From Cognatiyoonia sp. (GTDB lineage Bacteria > Pseudomonadota > Alphaproteobacteria > Rhodobacterales > Rhodobacteraceae): a stretch of DNA of 64,000 nucleotides. Position 1 is the stretch's first letter, and each line of letters opens with the position of its first letter. Location: NCBI GenBank assembly GCA_042093895.1, contig JBELEI010000002.1, forward strand, positions 321,022-385,021. The letters are read 5' to 3'. This document shows, in pieces, positions 1-11,639 of this stretch. The position numbers were made by a program, and so were the translations under genes. The notes below the pieces were generated by a model. That model did not search any database. It was not told the origin of the DNA and saw only the letters and a list, made by a program, of their open reading frames with translations.

Positions 1-34
1 CGAGTCTATTTGTTGGTAAGAGATTGGGACATCT

Positions 35-640
35 ATGAACGACAGAGACGGCATCTTCGCGGGCGACGACCCGTTTGCCTTGTGTAAAAGCTGGCTAGAC
101 GAGGCTAAGCAACACGAGCCGAACGATCCAAATGCGGTTGCGCTGGCATCCGTTGATCCGGAAGGTATGCCTAACGTTCGGATCGTATTGCTGAAGTCGA
201 TTGAAGATGACGGCTTTGTTTTTTACACCAACTACGCAAGTGCGAAGGGTCAAGAGATCTTGTCTGCTGGCAAAGCGTCATTTGTGATGCATTGGAAATC
301 CCTGCGCCGCCAAATCCGAGTGCGTGGTTTAGTCGAACGCGAAGACGGTCCAATCGCCGACGCTTATTATGAAAGCAGACCGCTCGACAGCCGCTTAGGG
401 GCCTGGGCTTCGCGTCAGTCGCAACCGTTGACCTCACGCCAAACTCTCATGGATCAGGTTGAGCTGGCGCGTTCTGAAAAAGGAACCGATCCCGACAGAC
501 CGCCGTTTTGGGGCGGTTTTCGTATCTTTCCGCTAGAAATAGAGTTTTGGGCTGATGGCGAATATCGTCTGCATGACCGGTTCCGTTGGCATAGGGCCAC
601 ACCTAACGCAACTTGGGAGATTTTGCGGCTATCTCCCTAA
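35..640 (+). CDS. pdxH: pyridoxamine 5'-phosphate oxidase
   Basis: 201-aa ORF with PdxH-like sequence throughout (PNVRIVLLK..., RQIRVRG, C-terminal [15 protein letters not shown]). Confidence 0.9.
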   Translation: MNDRDGIFAGDDPFALCKSWLDEAKQHEPNDPNAVALASVDPEGMPNVRIVLLKSIEDDGFVFYTNYASAKGQEILSAGKASFVMHWKSLRRQIRVRGLVEREDGPIADAYYESRPLDSRLGAWASRQSQPLTSRQTLMDQVELARSEKGTDPDRPPFWGGFRIFPLEIEFWADGEYRLHDRFRWHRATPNATWEILRLSP

Positions 641-755
641 TTAATGCTTGGTTTTTTTGCTATTCGCGATAGGTTAAATCTTATTATTGACCGATCCACT
701 AACACTCACGAAACGACGCTCATCTGAGCAACTCGCACGAAAAAGAAGAATAATA

Positions 756-1274
756 ATGACAAACGACGATACCAGCGAAGTCAACGGACTCATCAAGTGG
801 TTTGATCCTGCAAAGGGGTTTGGCTTCGTAGTGTCTGATCAAGGCGGCCCGGATATTTTGCTTCATGCAAATGTTTTGCGGAATTTTGGTCAGGGATCCG
901 TAGCCGATGGATCAGGCATTGTGATCGTTGTCCAGAAAACGGATCGTGGCCTTCAGGCGATTGAAATTGTCTCAATCCAGCCACCTGAGGATGACGGAAC
1001 TCCAGCACTTGGTGATATGGAAGAAGTCACTCCAGAAGAAATCGCATCTAGCCCAATACACCCAGCACGGGTGAAATGGTTCGACAAAGGCAAAGGTTTT
1101 GGCTTTGCGAATGTATTTGGCGACAACCGTGACGTCTTTTTGCATATCGAAGTTTTGCGTCGTTCGGGCTTGTCTGACCTTGCGACTGGTGAAGCGATTG
1201 GCATGCGGATGATGGATGGTAACCGTGGCATGATGGCGATCGACATCACCAGCTGGGAATCAGCGGCCAAATGA
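756..1274 (+). CDS. cold-shock protein with two tandem cold-shock domains
   Basis: Two CSD signatures (IKWFDPAKGFGFV and VKWFDKGKGFGFANV). The ATG at 756 is preferred over the upstream TTG at 687. The stop overlaps the next ATG (ATGA at 1271-1274). Confidence 0.85.
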   Translation: MTNDDTSEVNGLIKWFDPAKGFGFVVSDQGGPDILLHANVLRNFGQGSVADGSGIVIVVQKTDRGLQAIEIVSIQPPEDDGTPALGDMEEVTPEEIASSPIHPARVKWFDKGKGFGFANVFGDNRDVFLHIEVLRRSGLSDLATGEAIGMRMMDGNRGMMAIDITSWESAAK

Positions 1275-1735
1275 GGGCTATGGCCTTAATCGGCCTAATG
1301 TTGACTCTCGCTGGGGCGGCTCAGGCTTCTTGTACACCCGAAAAAGTAACAGTCTTTGGGGATTGGGGGCAGGCTCGCTTTGCCGTGACTGTTGCTGATG
1401 ACGCCGCTGAACGCGGTCAGGGGCTTATGTTCGTAGAGGACTTGGCACTCCTTGAGGGGATGCTTTTTGTTTATGAACGCCCACAATCCGTGACCTTTTG
1501 GATGCGTAATACGTTAATCTCGCTTGATATGATATTCGTAGCGCCGGATGGCACCATCCTTAGAATTCATGAAAATGCAGTGCCACTGGACGAAACGACA
1601 ATTCCAGGTGGCGATGGCGTACAATATGTTTTGGAAGTGAATGCCGGCGTTGCGGGACGGCTGGGCATTTCGGAAGGGGATGTTTTGCAACATCCATCCT
1701 TTGGAGCAGACGCTATTCGACCTTGTACAAATTAA
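1271..1735 (+). CDS. DUF192 domain-containing secreted protein
   Basis: N-terminal signal-peptide-like segment followed by a DUF192-like core (MLFVYERPQSVTFWMRNTLISLDMIFV...YVLEVNAG). Confidence 0.8.
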   Translation: MRAMALIGLMLTLAGAAQASCTPEKVTVFGDWGQARFAVTVADDAAERGQGLMFVEDLALLEGMLFVYERPQSVTFWMRNTLISLDMIFVAPDGTILRIHENAVPLDETTIPGGDGVQYVLEVNAGVAGRLGISEGDVLQHPSFGADAIRPCTN

Positions 1736-1789
1736 ACGCGTTTTTGGTCTTTTCAAATCAAATCGTACGGCTTAAAGGATGTCTCGGTT

Positions 1790-1866
1790 CGGGGCGTAGC
1801 GCAGCCTGGTAGCGCATCTGTTTTGGGAACAGAGGGTCGTAGGTTCGAATCCTATCGCCCCGACCA
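1790..1866 (+). tRNA. tRNA-Pro (anticodon TGG)
   Basis: 77-nt cloverleaf: acceptor CGGGGCG/CGCCCCG, anticodon arm TCTGT-TTTGGGA-ACAGA, T arm GTAGG-TTCGAAT-CCTAT, encoded CCA. Confidence 0.9.
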
Positions 1867-1872
1867 AAAATC

Positions 1873-1900
1873 AAAAGGCAGGCCTTTGGGCCTGCCTTTT
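1873..1900 (+). terminator. intrinsic terminator hairpin after tRNA-Pro
   Basis: GGCAGGCC-TTTG-GGCCTGCC 8-bp GC-rich stem, flanked by AAAA upstream and TTTT downstream. Confidence 0.65.
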
Positions 1901-2231
1901 GCATTTTGAGAAGAATCTCCGCTCGATCCCATTTTTTTTGTTATAAATCCGCGCGACCGTGACAACCAAGCAACGCCAGCGGGTGTAACGTGAGCGTTGC
2001 TTTTTGATGCAGTCCCAAAGGATGTCGCCCTCATAAGAATCGCTCTTCTACTTCATGTGAAATCTAAGATCTTTTCGCCAAGTATGCGTCTTTATTAGAT
2101 TTCTGCCGTTAACGATTTGAGGACGCTTCTGTGGACATCCATGTGGAGGAATCGGAGCATCGTAGCGCGCAAGATACTTGGTGGCACAGTCAACACAAAA
2201 AACCCAACATTTAGTAAAGAAACCCGTTGAC

Positions 2232-2291
2232 CCACTAGGTGTAGTTACGCCAAGTTGTGCGGGCTGACATCGCGTACACTATATGTAGTGA
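2232..2291. promoter_or_regulatory. candidate NrdR boxes and promoter of nrdJ
   Basis: ACACTATATGTAGTGA (2276-2291) fits the NrdR-box consensus acaCwAtATaTwGtgt at about 14/16 positions and contains a CTATAT -10-like hexamer. A weaker box, CCACTAGGTGTAGTTA, lies at 2232-2247, 44 bp upstream. Confidence 0.55.
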
Positions 2292-2466
2292 CAGCACGGG
2301 GAAGAACAAACATCGCCAGCGTCCTGCGCAGGGAATCGACCACGCAAGAGTGGGCGGGGAAGATTTGTTTCAATCGTGTTGACCTTTGAAAGCAAAGAGG
2401 GCGTGCGAAGAGCATGCAATTTGATTGTAGGTGCCGCAACGTCGGCAAGCTAACGGGGCAGACGAA

Positions 2467-5400
2467 ATGAAAATCGAACGTAACTTCACGACATCAGGAA
2501 AAGATGCCTATGCAGGGCTAGAGTTTTCGACAACGACGTCGGAAATTCGGAACCCGGACGGGACCATCGTCTTCAAACTAGACGACTGCGAAATCCCAGC
2601 ATCTTGGAGCCAGGTCGCAAGCGACGTTATCGCCCAGAAATATTTCCGCAAGGCAGGTGTTCCGTCTGATCTGAAAAAGGTCAAAGAAAAAGACGTTCCT
2701 GAATTCCTATGGCGTTCTGAGCCAACCAAAGACGCCGAAATGGGCGGCGAAATCTCAGCCAAGCAGGTCTTTGATCGTCTTGCCGGCGCTTGGACCTACT
2801 GGGGCTGGAAGGGCGGCTACTTCTCAACCGAAGAAGACGCGCGCACGTACTTCGATGAGATGCGCTATATGCTTGCGACACAGCGCGCAGCGCCAAACTC
2901 TCCTCAGTGGTTCAACACAGGCCTACACTGGGCTTATGGCATCGACGGTCCTGCACAGGGTCACCACTATGTTGACTACCAAACTGGCGAACTAACAAAA
3001 TCTAAATCCAGCTATGAGCACCCACAGCCACACGCATGCTTTATTCAGTCGGTATCGGACGATCTGGTAAACGATGGTGGCATCATGGATCTTTGGGTCC
3101 GCGAAGCACGTTTGTTCAAATACGGCTCGGGCACGGGTACAAACTTCTCTAGCCTTCGCGGCGCTGGTGAGCCTTTGTCAGGCGGCGGTAAATCGTCCGG
3201 CCTCATGGGCTTCCTGAAAATTGGTGATCGCGCTGCTGGTGCGATCAAGTCTGGTGGCACAACGCGTCGTGCGGCCAAGATGGTGATCGTTGATGCTGAT
3301 CACCCGGATATTGAAGAATTTATCAACTGGAAGGTTATCGAAGAGCAGAAAGTGGCATCCATCGTCGCTGGTTCTAAGATGCACGAACAAAAGCTGAATG
3401 CGATTTTTGCAGCGATCAAAGCCTGGGACGGTGCAGAGGCTGACGCCTATGATCCAAAGGTGAACCCTGGCCTAAAAGAGGCCGTCCGCGACGCAAAAAA
3501 GGTGATGATCCCCGAAACGTACGTCAAGCGCGTGCTCGATTATGCAAAGCAGGGCCACACATCCATCGAGTTTCCGACATATGATACGGATTGGGACTCT
3601 GAAGCATATTCATCCGTTTCTGGTCAAAACTCCAACAACTCGATCCGCGTGACAGATGCATTCCTTCAGGCAGTCGAAGACGACGCTGATTGGCACCTGC
3701 GCAACCGCCGCAACGGTGAAATCTCCCGCACGATCAAAGCCCGCGACCTATGGGAAAAAGTTGGCCACGCAGCTTGGGCGTGTGCGGATCCAGGCATCCA
3801 GTACCACGACACGGTCAACGCATGGCACACATGCCCAGAAGACGGTGAGATTCGCGGTTCAAACCCTTGTTCTGAATACATGTTCTTAGATGATACGGCA
3901 TGTAACCTTGCTTCTATGAACCTGCTGACATTCTACAAAGACGGTGAGTTCCAAGTCGAAGATTACATGCATGCCACGCGCTTGTGGACTGTCACACTAG
4001 AAATCTCTGTCATGATGGCGCAGTTCCCATCCAAAGAGATCGCCCAACGGTCATATGACTTCCGCACTCTGGGACTTGGCTATGCCAACATTGGCGGTCT
4101 TCTAATGAATATGGGCCTTGGGTATGACAGCGATGAGGGCCGTGCGATCGGCGCAGCACTCACTGCGATCATGACCGGTGTATCTTATTCGACATCTGCG
4201 GAAATGGCGGGTGAGTTAGGACCATTCCCAGGTTACGCAAAGAACGCAGATCACATGATCCGTGTCATCAAAAACCACCGCGTCGCGGCGCAGGGCAAGA
4301 CTGAAGGCTACGATAGCCTTGCGGTCAAGCCAGTTGCGCTTGACCATGCGAATTGCCCGGATCAGCGTTTGATTGATCTTGCGACGGCCAGCTGGGACGA
4401 GGCGCTGAAACTTGGTAAAAAGCATGGTTATCGTAATGCTCAAGTCTCTGTAATTGCGCCAACAGGCACGATCGGTCTTGTAATGGACTGTGACACAACA
4501 GGGATCGAGCCTGACTTTGCGCTGGTGAAATTCAAGAAACTAGCCGGCGGTGGTTACTTTAAGATCATTAACCAATCCGTTCCAGCTGCACTAGAAACCC
4601 TGGGCTACGGTTCTGCCCAAATCGAAGAAATCATTGCTTACGCGGTTGGTCACGGCTCGATGGGCCAAGCCCCTGCGATTAACCACACGTCCTTGGTTGG
4701 CCACGGGTTCGGACAGGCAGAGCTCGACAAAGTCGAAGGCGCGCTGAAATCTGCATTCGACATTCGCTTTGTGTTCAATCAGTGGACCTTGGGCGAAGAG
4801 TTCTGCACCAAATCTTTGGGTATTCCTGCGGAAAAATTGAACGACCCAACCTTCGATTTGCTGCGTCACCTTGGTTACTCCAAGCAGGACATCGATGCGG
4901 CGAACGATCACGTTTGCGGAACAATGACCCTTGAGGGTGCACCTTTCCTCAAAGACGAGCACTTGAACGTCTTTGACTGTGCGAACCCATGCGGCAAGAA
5001 AGGCAAGCGCTACCTTAGCGTTGACAGCCACATCCACATGATGGCGGCGGCTCAATCATTTATCTCGGGCGCGATTTCTAAAACAATCAACATGCCAAAC
5101 GATGCAACGATCGAGGACTGCCAGAAAGCATATGAGCTCTCATGGTCCTTGGGTGTCAAAGCCAACGCGTTGTATCGCGACGGATCCAAACTGTCACAGC
5201 CTTTGGCAGCCGCCTTGGTAGAGGACGATGACGACGCTCTTGAAGTTCTAGAAAGCGGTTCATTGCACGAGAAAGCGGCGGTACTGGCCGAAAAGATCGT
5301 CGAAAAAGTGATCATCAAAGAAGTTGTGCGTGAGCAAGAACGCACACGCATGCCAGAACGACGCAAAGGCTACACTCAAAAAGCCGTCGTTGGAGGTCAC

Positions 5401-6123
5401 AAGGTTTATCTTCGCACCGGCGAGTATGAAGATGGCCAATTGGGCGAAATCTTCATCGATATGCACAAAGAGGGCGCAGGCTTCCGTGCCATGATGAACA
5501 ACTTTGCCATCGCGGTGTCGGTCGGTCTGCAATACGGCGTGCCACTCGAAGAATTTGTCGATGCGTTTACTTTCACCAAGTTCGAACCAGCAGGCATGGT
5601 TCAGGGTAATGACAGCATCAAGAATGCGACATCGATCCTCGATTACATCTTCCGCGAATTGGCGGTGTCCTACCTCGACCGCACCGATTTGGCCCACGTC
5701 AAACCAGAAGGCGCATCGTTCGATGACATCGGCCGTGGCGAAGCAGAAGGCGCAAGCAATGTTCAGGCGCCATCCGAAGCTGCGGCAACACGCTCATTGG
5801 AAGTCCTGAAACAGATCAGCTCTACAGGCTACTTGCGCAAGCGCATGCCACAAGAATTGGTCGTGTTGAACGGCGGGCAGGGCGCAACAGCGCTGGCGAC
5901 CGGTACAGATCCAGTTGGCGCATTGCAAACGCTGGTCCCAGAAGTCACGGAAACAGCAATGTCTTCGGGAACGATGACCAGTACTGGCATTACCGCCCGC
6001 GACAAGGCGAAAATGCAGGGCTATGAAGGCGATCCGTGCGGCGAATGCGGCAACTACACACTCGTGCGTAACGGGACCTGCATGAAGTGCAACACCTGCG
6101 GCGGAACGTCTGGGTGTAGCTAA
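2467..6123 (+). CDS. nrdJ: vitamin B12-dependent (class II) ribonucleotide-diphosphate reductase
   Basis: About 1218 aa from the ATG at 2467 ([20 protein letters not shown]...). Long alphaproteobacterial NrdJ architecture with a C-terminal Cys cluster ([22 protein letters not shown]). Confidence 0.92.
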   Translation: MKIERNFTTSGKDAYAGLEFSTTTSEIRNPDGTIVFKLDDCEIPASWSQVASDVIAQKYFRKAGVPSDLKKVKEKDVPEFLWRSEPTKDAEMGGEISAKQVFDRLAGAWTYWGWKGGYFSTEEDARTYFDEMRYMLATQRAAPNSPQWFNTGLHWAYGIDGPAQGHHYVDYQTGELTKSKSSYEHPQPHACFIQSVSDDLVNDGGIMDLWVREARLFKYGSGTGTNFSSLRGAGEPLSGGGKSSGLMGFLKIGDRAAGAIKSGGTTRRAAKMVIVDADHPDIEEFINWKVIEEQKVASIVAGSKMHEQKLNAIFAAIKAWDGAEADAYDPKVNPGLKEAVRDAKKVMIPETYVKRVLDYAKQGHTSIEFPTYDTDWDSEAYSSVSGQNSNNSIRVTDAFLQAVEDDADWHLRNRRNGEISRTIKARDLWEKVGHAAWACADPGIQYHDTVNAWHTCPEDGEIRGSNPCSEYMFLDDTACNLASMNLLTFYKDGEFQVEDYMHATRLWTVTLEISVMMAQFPSKEIAQRSYDFRTLGLGYANIGGLLMNMGLGYDSDEGRAIGAALTAIMTGVSYSTSAEMAGELGPFPGYAKNADHMIRVIKNHRVAAQGKTEGYDSLAVKPVALDHANCPDQRLIDLATASWDEALKLGKKHGYRNAQVSVIAPTGTIGLVMDCDTTGIEPDFALVKFKKLAGGGYFKIINQSVPAALETLGYGSAQIEEIIAYAVGHGSMGQAPAINHTSLVGHGFGQAELDKVEGALKSAFDIRFVFNQWTLGEEFCTKSLGIPAEKLNDPTFDLLRHLGYSKQDIDAANDHVCGTMTLEGAPFLKDEHLNVFDCANPCGKKGKRYLSVDSHIHMMAAAQSFISGAISKTINMPNDATIEDCQKAYELSWSLGVKANALYRDGSKLSQPLAAALVEDDDDALEVLESGSLHEKAAVLAEKIVEKVIIKEVVREQERTRMPERRKGYTQKAVVGGHKVYLRTGEYEDGQLGEIFIDMHKEGAGFRAMMNNFAIAVSVGLQYGVPLEEFVDAFTFTKFEPAGMVQGNDSIKNATSILDYIFRELAVSYLDRTDLAHVKPEGASFDDIGRGEAEGASNVQAPSEAAATRSLEVLKQISSTGYLRKRMPQELVVLNGGQGATALATGTDPVGALQTLVPEVTETAMSSGTMTSTGITARDKAKMQGYEGDPCGECGNYTLVRNGTCMKCNTCGGTSGCS

Positions 6124-6218
6124 CAAGAGATCCGGGGCGGATGCGTTCGCCCTCGGCGCGGTTCGGGCCGCAGGCAAAAAAACTACGAGCGGTATAATTA
6201 CGAGCCCGAAAAGCGAGA

Positions 6219-6614
6219 CTAGAAAGGGGGACTTCGGTCCCCCTCTTTTTTTGCGCTCATATGGGGCAGGAAAACCGGATCTTGGGTCTGAAGCCAAAAA
6301 GCCATGACATCGCCACACGTTATCCTTCGGCGGAAATACGTTTCTGCGCCGAACATGTCTGCGGCAAATAATGCCACTGCCTTAAGTATTGCGGTAGAAA
6401 GGACGTGTGCGTGGTGCGTTTTCCCGAAGAGCCCGTCCTCGATATTCGTTGCGCATTGCGCAAACGCATATGACGCAGTGCTGGCAAATACGTGCGTATG
6501 CGTTTCTATCGTCGCGCAAACCGAACGCGTCGCCCGCTTGTTCGGATCAGCGAACAGATGTTCGATGAAGAATTCTTCTATATCTGAATAACTATGCAAC
6601 ACTCTTGAACACAC
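6219..6614 (-). CDS. hypothetical ORF (unrecognised, doubtful)
   Basis: 131-codon ORF with only a GTG start. I recognise no family. The last 10 codons are encoded by the nrdJ terminator hairpin. Confidence 0.25.
   Translation of the reverse strand: MCSRVLHSYSDIEEFFIEHLFADPNKRATRSVCATIETHTHVFASTASYAFAQCATNIEDGLFGKTHHAHVLSTAILKAVALFAADMFGAETYFRRRITCGDVMAFWLQTQDPVFLPHMSAKKEGDRSPPF
6224..6252 (+). terminator. rho-independent terminator of nrdJ
   Basis: GGGGGAC-TTCG-GTCCCCC hairpin followed by a run of T (CTCTTTTTTTG). Confidence 0.75.
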
Positions 6615-6712
6615 TCGATTTCACCGGCGATCGGATAACACGTAATCAATGTGAGTGTCTCGGTTTAATTGTGCTGCATTTGGAAACAATCTGAGTGGGT
6701 CTGCGCGCGCTC

Positions 6713-6928
6713 GGGGCGCTGCCCCGAACCCCGAGGTATTTGCGGCTAGAAGAAATCCCGCGAAAACTCTGCAGCTTAAGAAAAATTCAACCATTCCGTC
6801 CGATGTGTTGGAGGCGGTCCAGGCTGAGGAGCCGTTGGCCGTGCTAGGAGAAGGCCCCCTCTATGGCGCCTAGCGACCCTCTGGTGGGGGCTGATCTTCT
6901 TCTGGCTACCAAATACCTCCGCCGGAGG
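6713..6928. repeat. inverted pair of a short GC-hairpin / GAGGTATTTG...AGAAGAA repeat unit
   Basis: The left unit is GGGGC-GCT-GCCCC followed by GAGGTATTTGCGGCTAGAAGAA (6733-6754). The right unit, TTCTTCTGGCTACCAAATACCTC (6897-6919) followed by CCTCC-GCC-GGAGG, is its inverted counterpart. About 142 bp separate the two units. Confidence 0.6.
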
Positions 6929-6948
6929 CATCCGACGGCCGTCACGGT

Positions 6949-7386
6949 TCATGCCCTTGGAATGTCAAATCCAGGATCCGCCAACGTGAAACCTTCAAAT
7001 AGGAAGCCCGGCGAAACGGTGCACCCTACGAGCGTCCAGTCACCACTGGTCTTCGCAGCTTGCCAAGCCATTTCTGGTACGATGATCTGGGGTCGCTCGC
7101 CTCGCGCCAAATCAGGACCGAGGATATGGTCATTCGCGGGTCCAATTTCCGTTTCAGAAATTGACAGGATAAGCGGTGCACCAGAATAATAGTGCCAGAT
7201 TTCGGCAGCGTCGACTGTATGCCAATGGCTCGGCTGATCTTTTTTCAACAGAAAATAGATGCTCGTACCGGATGCACGATCTTCGTTCGTCTCTGCCCAT
7301 GTTTGGCGATAGAAGCCTCCCTCCGGGTGGGGGGCTAGATCAAGTTCCTTGATAATGTCATCCGCGGTCATTGCGACGGTCTCCAA
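6949..7386 (-). CDS. cupin domain protein (DUF985 family)
   Basis: 145 aa with PHPEGGFYRQTW...SIYFLL...SHWHTV...EIWHYY, typical of DUF985 cupins. Confidence 0.8.
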   Translation of the reverse strand: METVAMTADDIIKELDLAPHPEGGFYRQTWAETNEDRASGTSIYFLLKKDQPSHWHTVDAAEIWHYYSGAPLILSISETEIGPANDHILGPDLARGERPQIIVPEMAWQAAKTSGDWTLVGCTVSPGFLFEGFTLADPGFDIPRA

Positions 7387-7401
7387 AACACGCGCATTTC
7401 G

Positions 7402-9302
<1,901 letters not shown>

Positions 9303-10193
9303 CTATAACGTGGGTGGACGTGAAGTTGAAGCCTTTCGCAAGGCGGCTTCGCGTAGGAGGGTAAAAAGACCAGAACCAATGACAATGGTCGCCCCGATAA
9401 TCGTTGCCTGATCTGGAATTTCTCGAAATGCAATAAATCCGACAATGATCGCAAAAAGCATTCGTGAATAGCGAAACGAGGAAATGATGCCGGCATTGCC
9501 ATCTCGCGTCGCCGCGACCAAAGCGAGATAGGCGAACATGCCGACGAGAACGATCCCAAACAGCATGAAGGATTGTCCGGTATCGGGCATGACAAATCTT
9601 TGCCCTTGCGCTGCTGCGAGCAATATACCCGCCGGCAAAAGCAACGCGAAAGTATGTGTCGCGAGTTGAGCGCCAGTTAAATGCACCTTTAGACTGCGCG
9701 TAACTAGGTCTCTTGCGGCTAGACCAAGCATTCCAGCAACGGCCAGTAACGTCGCTGAACTAAAGCCTTCTGTACCTGGTCGTATGATTACGATAACGCC
9801 AATAAATCCGACAATGATCGCGATCCAACGACGCCAACCGATCCCTTGCCCTAAGAAGACTGCCGCCCCGAGTGCGACAACGAGTGGCGTGGCTTGGATA
9901 ACAGCGGATGCTGTGGTCAATGGGATGATCGCCAAGGAAGTGACAAAAAAGCAGGATCCGACGACATCAAACCCCGAGCGCATCAATACACGTTTGTCCA
10001 AATACGAAGGCTGCCACAGCGGGACGCCACGCATGGCGGACCACGCCAGAAAAAGCAAAAGAGCTCCACCGCATGTGACCGCAATGATTTGTCCGACGGG
10101 AATGTAATCGGTCAGGCTTTTGATCATTGCGTCTTCAATTGCGAATAAGCCCATGGCCAACACCATGAAAAACGCACCGCGCAGGTTATCCAT
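9303..10193 (-). CDS. DMT superfamily (EamA-like) transporter
   Basis: 296 aa, about 10 hydrophobic segments, two-EamA-repeat-like organisation. Confidence 0.8.
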   Translation of the reverse strand: MDNLRGAFFMVLAMGLFAIEDAMIKSLTDYIPVGQIIAVTCGGALLLFLAWSAMRGVPLWQPSYLDKRVLMRSGFDVVGSCFFVTSLAIIPLTTASAVIQATPLVVALGAAVFLGQGIGWRRWIAIIVGFIGVIVIIRPGTEGFSSATLLAVAGMLGLAARDLVTRSLKVHLTGAQLATHTFALLLPAGILLAAAQGQRFVMPDTGQSFMLFGIVLVGMFAYLALVAATRDGNAGIISSFRYSRMLFAIIVGFIAFREIPDQATIIGATIVIGSGLFTLLREAALRKASTSRPPTL

Positions 10194-10613
10194 TCAGGGG
10201 TCCGTCTTTTTAAGGGGAACGCCGTAGAGTTCTAGACGATGCCCCATCAAACGATATCCGAGCTTCTCTGCGATTTTCTCTTGCAATGCTTCAATTTCCG
10301 CATCGACGAATTCGATCACTTCGCCGGAATTCATATCGATCAAATGATCATGGTGATCCCCATCAGCCATCTCATAGCGCGCACGGCCATCGCCAAATTC
10401 GTGCTTTTCTAGAATGCCGGTTTCTTCGAACAGGTTCACGGTTCGGTAGACCGTTGCTAGCGAAATCTGCGCATCTTCGGCAGAGGCGCGCGCAAATAGT
10501 TCTTCGACATCCGGATGATCATCAGAGGCTTCAAGGACGCGCGCAATAACGCGACGTTGGCCAGTCATTCGCAGGCCAAGGTCCTCGCATCGCTTCAAAA
10601 TGGATGTTGTCAT
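10194..10613 (-). CDS. irr: Fur family transcriptional regulator, Irr-like
   Basis: 139 aa. Fur-family winged helix (LRMTGQRRVIARVL...ISLATVYRTVNLFEE) and a His-rich DGDHHDHLID motif, as in alphaproteobacterial Irr. Confidence 0.75.
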   Translation of the reverse strand: MTTSILKRCEDLGLRMTGQRRVIARVLEASDDHPDVEELFARASAEDAQISLATVYRTVNLFEETGILEKHEFGDGRARYEMADGDHHDHLIDMNSGEVIEFVDAEIEALQEKIAEKLGYRLMGHRLELYGVPLKKTDP

Positions 10614-10708
10614 GTGCGTCTCACTTGGGCGTTGTTACGTGTTCATATCTTGGGACTAGCGCTGAGGGAACCATTGGTTTGGAACGCAAACCAAAAATGG
10701 CCACTGGA

Positions 10709-11557
10709 TTATAGGTGCAGCTGTCCGGACATTGTCTGTACGGCGGTCCCGCTGATGTGAACAGATTTGGGGTTTGACGTGGTTTTCGCAGTGATCAAAG
10801 ACAGGCGTCCCATGTCCTCGCCCTGACGAATGTCTAGGGTCTGGTCCGCCCCCAAAGTATCGGCCAGCAATGCAGCCAACGCCGCGCTCGCGCTGCCTGT
10901 GGCAGGATCCTCAGGCATGTTGTCCAATGGTGCGAACATTCGGGCGTCAACTGCGGTGCCATCACGCACATAGGCGAAAATCGCGAAATCCAAACCGGCG
11001 GGGTATTGTCTTGCGCCCTGTCGGATGACGTCGATGACCGGATGTGCATCGCGCAACGCCGCGCGATCACTTAGCTCAACAATTACGAAGGTTAGCCCAA
11101 CACCCGCCTGAACGGGGACATGCGTGGTCGTGACACATTTATTAGGAGTAAGTCCCAACGCGCTCATGACCAGATCAGGGTCAGGTTTCGCAACAATTTC
11201 GAGCGGGACACGCGTTTCAAACTGCGCCACATGGCCTTCGAAAGTACACGGGATCGGTCCAACGCCCAGTTCTAAAATTTGATTGCCTTCGTGACCCAAA
11301 TCCCGCAGAGCAATTGCTGTTCCAATCGTCGGGTGCCCGGCAAATGGAATTTCCATTGTTGGTGTGAAAATGCGCACCTTTGCTGTATGCGCTGGTTCAC
11401 TGGGCGGATAAACGAAAGTCGTTTCTGAAAAATTGAACTCACGCGCAATTCGTTGCAGGTCATCTTCGGCCAGTGCGGTTGCATCTGGGATCACCGCAAG
11501 TTGATTTCCTCCAAATGGCGCGTCGGTAAAGACGTCATAGACGAGGTATTGGGTCAT
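10709..11557 (-). CDS. PhzF family isomerase
   Basis: 282 aa, [23 protein letters not shown]...FSETTFV, typical of the PhzF family. Confidence 0.85.
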   Translation of the reverse strand: MTQYLVYDVFTDAPFGGNQLAVIPDATALAEDDLQRIAREFNFSETTFVYPPSEPAHTAKVRIFTPTMEIPFAGHPTIGTAIALRDLGHEGNQILELGVGPIPCTFEGHVAQFETRVPLEIVAKPDPDLVMSALGLTPNKCVTTTHVPVQAGVGLTFVIVELSDRAALRDAHPVIDVIRQGARQYPAGLDFAIFAYVRDGTAVDARMFAPLDNMPEDPATGSASAALAALLADTLGADQTLDIRQGEDMGRLSLITAKTTSNPKSVHISGTAVQTMSGQLHL

Positions 11558-11639
11558 CTTTTCTTGGACTCCGGGTCATTTCTTAAACCCTAACATGGAC
11601 CTAAAGTGGCGGCCAGAACATCAGCCGCGCACTCTGGCT

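Noticed and set aside
1867-2430. Genomic-island insertion at tRNA-Pro. The flank of tRNA-Gly (38166-38537) was checked for the same reason.
   Set aside because: There is no integrase, and I could see no direct repeat of either tRNA 3' end. The flanking genes are conserved housekeeping types.
2040-2466. Possible cobalamin riboswitch in the long nrdJ upstream region. The 97-bp cobA/cbiD divergent region (28439-28535) was checked for the same reason.
   Set aside because: I could not find a B12-box-like core (…GCCACTG…) or the characteristic GGTGAAA/GGGAAG elements. The cob intergenic region is too short. B12 riboswitches normally repress B12-independent isozymes rather than nrdJ. An Infernal/Rfam scan would settle this.
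5794-6318. 174-codon minus-strand ORF antisense to the 3' end of nrdJ. Similar long antisense or alternate-frame ORFs occur elsewhere, for example 4591-5055, 13119-13643, 15491-16117, 23298-23999, 29642-30163, 30856-31509, 42573-43136 and 60221-60946.
   Set aside because: They lie entirely inside well-supported genes on the opposite strand or in another frame. Their composition is Arg/Ser/Pro/Cys-rich and unlike real proteins, and no motifs are recognisable. They are typical shadow ORFs of moderately GC-rich DNA.
6655-7189. The six-frame ORFs at 6655-6873 and 6863-7189 as protein-coding genes.
   Set aside because: They are read-throughs of the inverted GC-hairpin repeat and of the antisense strand of the cupin gene. 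Their composition is low-complexity and Ala/Pro/Gly/Arg-rich.
10670-10695. GGTTTG-GAACG-CAAACC hairpin downstream of the phzF-family gene as a terminator or an Irr/ICE site.
   Set aside because: For the minus-strand gene the T tract precedes the stem rather than following it. The sequence does not resemble the Irr ICE motif (TTTAGAA-N3-TTCTAAA).
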